Part shown: positions 59,757-64,000 of the stretch, one piece after another
Numbering within the stretch: the stretch's first letter is position 1
Layout: the number at the start of each line of letters is the position of its first letter
NCBI GenBank assembly: GCA_963560035.1
Contig: CAUWMZ010000002.1
Coordinates: 35,685 to 99,684, forward strand
Reading direction: 5' to 3'
Length of the DNA: 64,000 nt
DNA from: an uncultured Parabacteroides sp.
GTDB lineage: Bacteria; Bacteroidota; Bacteroidia; Bacteroidales; Tannerellaceae
The notes under the pieces: model-generated
What the model was told of the DNA's origin: nothing
Database searches by the model: none
What the model saw: the letters and a program-made list of their open reading frames with translations, nothing else
Made by a program: the position numbers and the translations under genes

Positions 59757-61214
59757 ATGTTAAAGCATACGAAGATTGTTGCTACAGTTTCCGATCAACG
59801 TTGTGACGTTGAGTTCGTTGAGGCGTTATATAAAGCAGGAATGAATGTTGTGCGCCTGAATACGGCTCACATGATGGAAGAAGGACTGACTCGTGTTGTT
59901 AAGAATGTCCGTGCCGTATCAGATCGTATTGGTATTTTGATGGATACAAAAGGTCCGGAAGTACGTACTACCGCGACAGTGAACAAAGAACCTATTTCTT
60001 TTAAGACTGGAGAAGTCGTGAAGATTGTAGGAAATCCGGAACAGGAAACTACGCACGATTGTATATGTGTGTCATATAAGAATTTCGTGAATGATTTGGA
60101 AGTAGCTAGCGATATCCTTATCGATGATGGAGATTTGGAATTGAAAGTTACAGAGAAGATGAGCGATTATTTGATTTGCGAGGTTCAAAATGATGCGACT
60201 TTAGGTAGTCGTAAAAGTGTTAATGTTCCGGGCGTGCGTATAAACTTGCCATCATTAACAGAAAAAGATCGTAAAAACATTATATGGGCAATTGGTCATG
60301 ATTTGGATTTTATCGCTCATTCATTTGTTCGTAGTAAGCAGGATGTGTTGGATATTCAACGAATATTGGATGAATACAATAGTCCGATAAAGATTATCGC
60401 AAAGATTGAGAACCAAGAGGGTGTTGATAACATCGATGAAATCTTGGAGGTCGCTTATGGTGTGATGATCGCACGTGGAGATTTAGGAATAGAGGTTCCT
60501 GCGGAGAAAATACCTGGCATACAGCGTGTACTTATCCGTAAGTGTGTAGAGGTGAAAAAACCGGTAATTGTTGCTACACAGATGCTTCACTCAATGATCA
60601 ACAATCCTCGTCCTACTCGTGCTGAGGTAACAGATATCGCTAACGCTATTTATTATCGTACAGATGCTTTGATGTTAAGTGGTGAGACTGCTTATGGAAA
60701 GTATCCTGTTGAGGCGGTACAAACAATGACAAAGGTCGCTCGTGAGGCTGAAATGACAAAGCTTGCAGCGAATGATATCCGCGTACCTATTGAGGGTAAT
60801 GATTTGGATGTAACTTCTTTCTTGGCAAAACAGGCGGTTAAGTCCTCTTCAAAATTGCATGTGAAAGCTATTATTACAGATAGTTACACAGGTCGTACCG
60901 CTCGTTATTTAGCCGCTTTCCGTGGAACATCAACAGTGTTCGCCATTTGTTACAATCCTCGTGTGATGAGAATGTTGTCTCTTTCATACGGTGTGTGGGC
61001 AGTGCATCAGCCATATAATGATAGCCGTAGAGGATACTTCTATGATGCGTTGAATCAGTTGATCCATAGCGGACGTATTACACGTAATGATATGGTTGCG
61101 TATTTGAGTGGCAGCTTTGGAGAAGGCGGTGGCACAAGCTTTTTGGAAATAAATAACGTAGGAAAAGTGTTGGATGCGGGAACGCAATACCAATTACCTA
61201 CCTTTAAAGAATAA
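59757..61214 (+). CDS. pyk: Pyruvate kinase
   Basis: TKIVATV, RLNTAH, DTKGPEVR, IAKIEN, ARGDLG, ATQML and MLSGETA motifs. Confidence 0.97.
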   Translation: MLKHTKIVATVSDQRCDVEFVEALYKAGMNVVRLNTAHMMEEGLTRVVKNVRAVSDRIGILMDTKGPEVRTTATVNKEPISFKTGEVVKIVGNPEQETTHDCICVSYKNFVNDLEVASDILIDDGDLELKVTEKMSDYLICEVQNDATLGSRKSVNVPGVRINLPSLTEKDRKNIIWAIGHDLDFIAHSFVRSKQDVLDIQRILDEYNSPIKIIAKIENQEGVDNIDEILEVAYGVMIARGDLGIEVPAEKIPGIQRVLIRKCVEVKKPVIVATQMLHSMINNPRPTRAEVTDIANAIYYRTDALMLSGETAYGKYPVEAVQTMTKVAREAEMTKLAANDIRVPIEGNDLDVTSFLAKQAVKSSSKLHVKAIITDSYTGRTARYLAAFRGTSTVFAICYNPRVMRMLSLSYGVWAVHQPYNDSRRGYFYDALNQLIHSGRITRNDMVAYLSGSFGEGGGTSFLEINNVGKVLDAGTQYQLPTFKE

Positions 61215-61225
61215 TTTAATTTAGA

Positions 61226-61861
61226 ATGTTTACAGGCGAAATAGATAAATATATTCTATCTCACATAGACGAAGAGGGGGATTTATTGTCGGCGTTGAAT
61301 AGAGACGCAAACGTGAACCTTCTTCGTCCACGTATGTTATCAGGGCATTTACAAGGACGCATATTGAAAATGTTTTGTCGAATGATGCGGCCAAAACGTG
61401 TTTTGGAAATAGGCACTTATACCGCATATGCGACATTGTGCATGGCGGAGGGTTTGGATGATGGCGCATTGATACATACGATAGAGATCAATGATGAGAT
61501 GGAGGATTTTATCATGAAATATCTTCCTAGATCACCGCATAAAGATAAGGTAAAGATCCATTTTGGAGATGCGATAGAGATTATCCCTCAGTTAGGAGAG
61601 ACTTTTGATATGGTCTTTATAGATGCGGATAAACGCCTGTATTCGGAGTATTATGATTTGGTATTTCCAATGGTTCGTCCGGGAGGATTAATTTTGGCAG
61701 ATAATACACTTTGGGATGGTAAAGTTGTAGAGGAGCTTCATCCGGCAGATAAACAAACAAAGGGAATATTATTATTTAATGATAAGATAAAGCAAGACGA
61801 TCGCGTAGAGAAAGTTATACTTCCTTTGCGCGATGGCTTGACTATGATCTGGAAAAAGTAA
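61226..61861 (+). CDS. Class I SAM-dependent O-methyltransferase (COMT/CCoAOMT-like)
   Basis: MLSGHLQG, VLEIGTY, VFIDADK and ILADNTLWDG motifs. Confidence 0.9.
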   Translation: MFTGEIDKYILSHIDEEGDLLSALNRDANVNLLRPRMLSGHLQGRILKMFCRMMRPKRVLEIGTYTAYATLCMAEGLDDGALIHTIEINDEMEDFIMKYLPRSPHKDKVKIHFGDAIEIIPQLGETFDMVFIDADKRLYSEYYDLVFPMVRPGGLILADNTLWDGKVVEELHPADKQTKGILLFNDKIKQDDRVEKVILPLRDGLTMIWKK

Positions 61862-61874
61862 AAGAAAGATTATT

Positions 61875-62210
61875 ATGGAAAGTACTAGATTACAAAAGAT
61901 TGAGCGTCTTTTGCAAAAAGAGTTGAGTGATATTTTTCAAAAGCAAACACAAGCGATGCACGGAGTGTTGGTCTCTGTTAGCGTTGTGCGTGTAAGCTCT
62001 GATTTAAGTGTGGCTAGAGCTTATTTAAGCATTTTCCCTTCTGATAAATCGAAGGAGCTTTTAGAGGCTATTCGTAGTAACACGAAAGCTATTCGCTTTG
62101 ATTTAGGACAACGCATACGTTTACAAGTGCGTAAAATTCCTGAATTGAGCTTCTTCATTGACGATTCGTTAGATTATATAGAGAATATAGATAACCTATT
62201 ACATAAGTAA
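61875..62210 (+). CDS. rbfA: 30S ribosome-binding factor A
   Basis: VSVVRVSSDLSVARAYLS and RKIPELSFFIDDS motifs. Confidence 0.95.
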   Translation: MESTRLQKIERLLQKELSDIFQKQTQAMHGVLVSVSVVRVSSDLSVARAYLSIFPSDKSKELLEAIRSNTKAIRFDLGQRIRLQVRKIPELSFFIDDSLDYIENIDNLLHK

Positions 62211-62219
62211 CCAACGACA

Positions 62220-63449
62220 TTGAATCTTCCATTTTATATAGCCCGCAGATACCTTTTTTCAAAGAAATCGCATAACGCCATAAATATAGTATCTATGGTA
62301 TCCGTATGTGGGGTTGTTGTTGCGACCATCGCATTGGTATGCGCTTTATCTGTTTATAATGGCTTTAATGATTTGGTCTCATCGCTTTTTAGCAATTTTG
62401 ACCCGGAGTTGAAGATAAAACCGCGTCATGGGAAGGTATTTGACCCTACGTCAAAAGAAATTCAAGAGGTAAGGTTTTTGCCGGAAGTTGTCTGCTTTAG
62501 TGAGGTGTTGCAAGATAATGCGTTAGTGCGTTATAGAGATCGTCAAGGTGTCGCCGTATTGAAAGGAGTGGATGATCAATATGAGAAATTAGCGCAGATA
62601 GATAGTATTTTGATAGATGGCAAATATCTTCTAAGCGATAAGGTGGCAAATTATGCTAATTTAGGAATAGGTCTTGCGTTTTCATTGGGGATAAATGCCG
62701 GTTTTGTCTCTCCTTTGGAAATATATGCGCCTAAACGAGATGAAAAGGTGAATATGGCAAATCCCGCATCTTCTTTTAATCTGGAATACGCTTATATTGG
62801 TGCGGTTTTTCGTACAGATCAACAGGTTTATGATGATTCGTATATGATTGTTCCTTTATCTTTGGCCCGTTCTTTGTTTCATTATAACAAAGAGGTAACA
62901 TCAATAGAGTTAAAGGTAAAAACAGAACAAGAGCTGCCTGCTGTTAAGAGAAAAATTCAAAAGATATTAGGAGATCGTTTTTTGGTCCAAAATCGCTTTG
63001 AGCAGCAAGAGTCGTCATTTAAGATGATGCAAATAGAGAAGTGGATGACATTCCTTATTTTGACATTTATATTGGCGATCGCTTTGTTTAATGTTGTTGG
63101 TTCATTGTCGATGTTGATGATAGAGAAGCAATCGGATGTGGATACATTACGTAATATGGGGGCGGATGATGCGCTGATTCGTCGTATATTCTTATTTGAG
63201 GGGTGGATGATATCAGGTTTTGGCGCTTTGATAGGAGGGGCAATAGGCGTGATTTTATGCTTGTTGCAACAAGAGTTTGGTTTTATAAAACTAGGAGAAG
63301 CCGCAGGTGCATTTATCATAGATGCTTATCCTGTGCATGTAGTGCCATTGGATATCGTAACCGTATTCGTGACAGTCTTAACAATGGGATTGTTAGCTGC
63401 ATGGTATCCGGTTCGTTATTTAGCGAAAAAGTTGAAAATTGAGAAGTAA
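62220..63449 (+). CDS. FtsX-like ABC permease (LolC/LolE family)
   Basis: TTG start; IARRYLFSKK, SVYNGF, large periplasmic domain, EKQSDVDTLRNMGA..IRRIFLFEG and C-terminal TMs. Confidence 0.85.
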   Translation: MNLPFYIARRYLFSKKSHNAINIVSMVSVCGVVVATIALVCALSVYNGFNDLVSSLFSNFDPELKIKPRHGKVFDPTSKEIQEVRFLPEVVCFSEVLQDNALVRYRDRQGVAVLKGVDDQYEKLAQIDSILIDGKYLLSDKVANYANLGIGLAFSLGINAGFVSPLEIYAPKRDEKVNMANPASSFNLEYAYIGAVFRTDQQVYDDSYMIVPLSLARSLFHYNKEVTSIELKVKTEQELPAVKRKIQKILGDRFLVQNRFEQQESSFKMMQIEKWMTFLILTFILAIALFNVVGSLSMLMIEKQSDVDTLRNMGADDALIRRIFLFEGWMISGFGALIGGAIGVILCLLQQEFGFIKLGEAAGAFIIDAYPVHVVPLDIVTVFVTVLTMGLLAAWYPVRYLAKKLKIEK

Positions 63450-63476
63450 AATGGCGTTTCTCAATTTCCAACTTTT
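63426..63476. terminator. Hairpin between convergent lolE-like gene and manC, overlapping the lolE stop codon
   Basis: AAAAAGTTG-A-AAATTGAGAA / TTCTCAATTT-C-CAACTTTTT arms. Confidence 0.65.
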
Positions 63477-63488
63477 TATAAGAGCTTA

Positions 63489-64000
63489 TTAAATAAATTC
63501 CTTTCCGTATTTTATTTGTGCGTCAGCCACAAATTGTTTGATTCGTTGCTCATCGTCTTTCTTGCAAATTAGCAAGATATTTCCAGACTCAGCTACAATG
63601 TAGTCATGCAATCCTTCGATGACAACTAAGCGTTTAGGATTGTCGATAGCCACAACATTTCCAGAACTCTCATAAAGGAGAGTCTCATTCTTTTTCAGAA
63701 TAGCGTTATCGTTATCATCTTTAGGAGCGATGTCAAAGAGAGAGCCCCAGGTGCCAAGATCGGCCCAGCCGAAGTCTACGCATAGCATGTATACATTATG
63801 CGCTTTTTCCATGATGCCATAATCTATTGAGATATTTAAGCAATAAGGGAAGTTCTCGCGGATAAAACTTTTTTCTTCAGGAGTATTGAATTTGTCTTTT
63901 CCTAAATCAAAGCGAGAGCTGATATCCGGTAGATATTTTGCGAAAGCGTCTAATATTGTGTTGACATTCCAAACGAATAATCCTGAGTTCCAAAAGAACT
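63489..64000 (-). CDS. manC: Mannose-1-phosphate guanylyltransferase, C-terminal part (runs off the window edge)
   Basis: Frame is open to the edge: FFWNSGLFVW...ISIDYGIMEKA...DFGWADLGTWGSL. Confidence 0.9.
   Translation of the reverse strand, partial: FFWNSGLFVWNVNTILDAFAKYLPDISSRFDLGKDKFNTPEEKSFIRENFPYCLNISIDYGIMEKAHNVYMLCVDFGWADLGTWGSLFDIAPKDDNDNAILKKNETLLYESSGNVVAIDNPKRLVVIEGLHDYIVAESGNILLICKKDDEQRIKQFVADAQIKYGKEFI

Overview
This is a 64 kb chromosomal window from a Bacteroidales bacterium. It looks Parabacteroides/Tannerellaceae-like (inferred from gene order, TAnnTTTG promoter boxes and the protein sequences). Positions 1-15.4 kb are the distal part of a very AT-rich Wzx/Wzy capsular or O-antigen locus. 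Between its PglC-type priming transferase and its DegT/PglE-type aminotransferase sits an unusual four-gene block: a GNAT acetyltransferase, a D-cysteine-desulfhydrase-type PLP enzyme, an AsnB-like orphan and an ATP-grasp ligase. Positions 15.6-26.4 kb are a second glycosylation locus (Wzx, several glycosyltransferases, one inverted GT, a YfhO/GT-C-like membrane protein, a convergent GT4). The rest is mostly core genome: ahcY, XRE-cupin plus acyl-CoA synthetase, rpsO, typA, a TPR lipoprotein, class I fumarase, pnp, greA, HIT, padR-pspC, long-chain acyl-CoA ligase, frameshifted prfB, GH29 fucosidase, tRNA-Ile2(CAT), a GHL10 lipoprotein, uvrA, a PHP protein, a secreted orphan, hflX, xerD, aroQ-pyk-OMT-rbfA-lolE and partial manC. 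I found no CRISPR array, IS transposase or prophage. The most notable observations are (i) the putative amide-tailoring cassette in the capsule locus and (ii) a 92-94 bp nested-palindrome element bounded by TTAA, present twice (32794-32887 and 48808-48901, opposite orientation, 74/92 identical by hand alignment). Weaker candidates are a greA leader attenuator, an intergenic sRNA, a leaderless hflX and a non-contiguous operon. Family assignments come from motif recognition by eye; no database searches were run.
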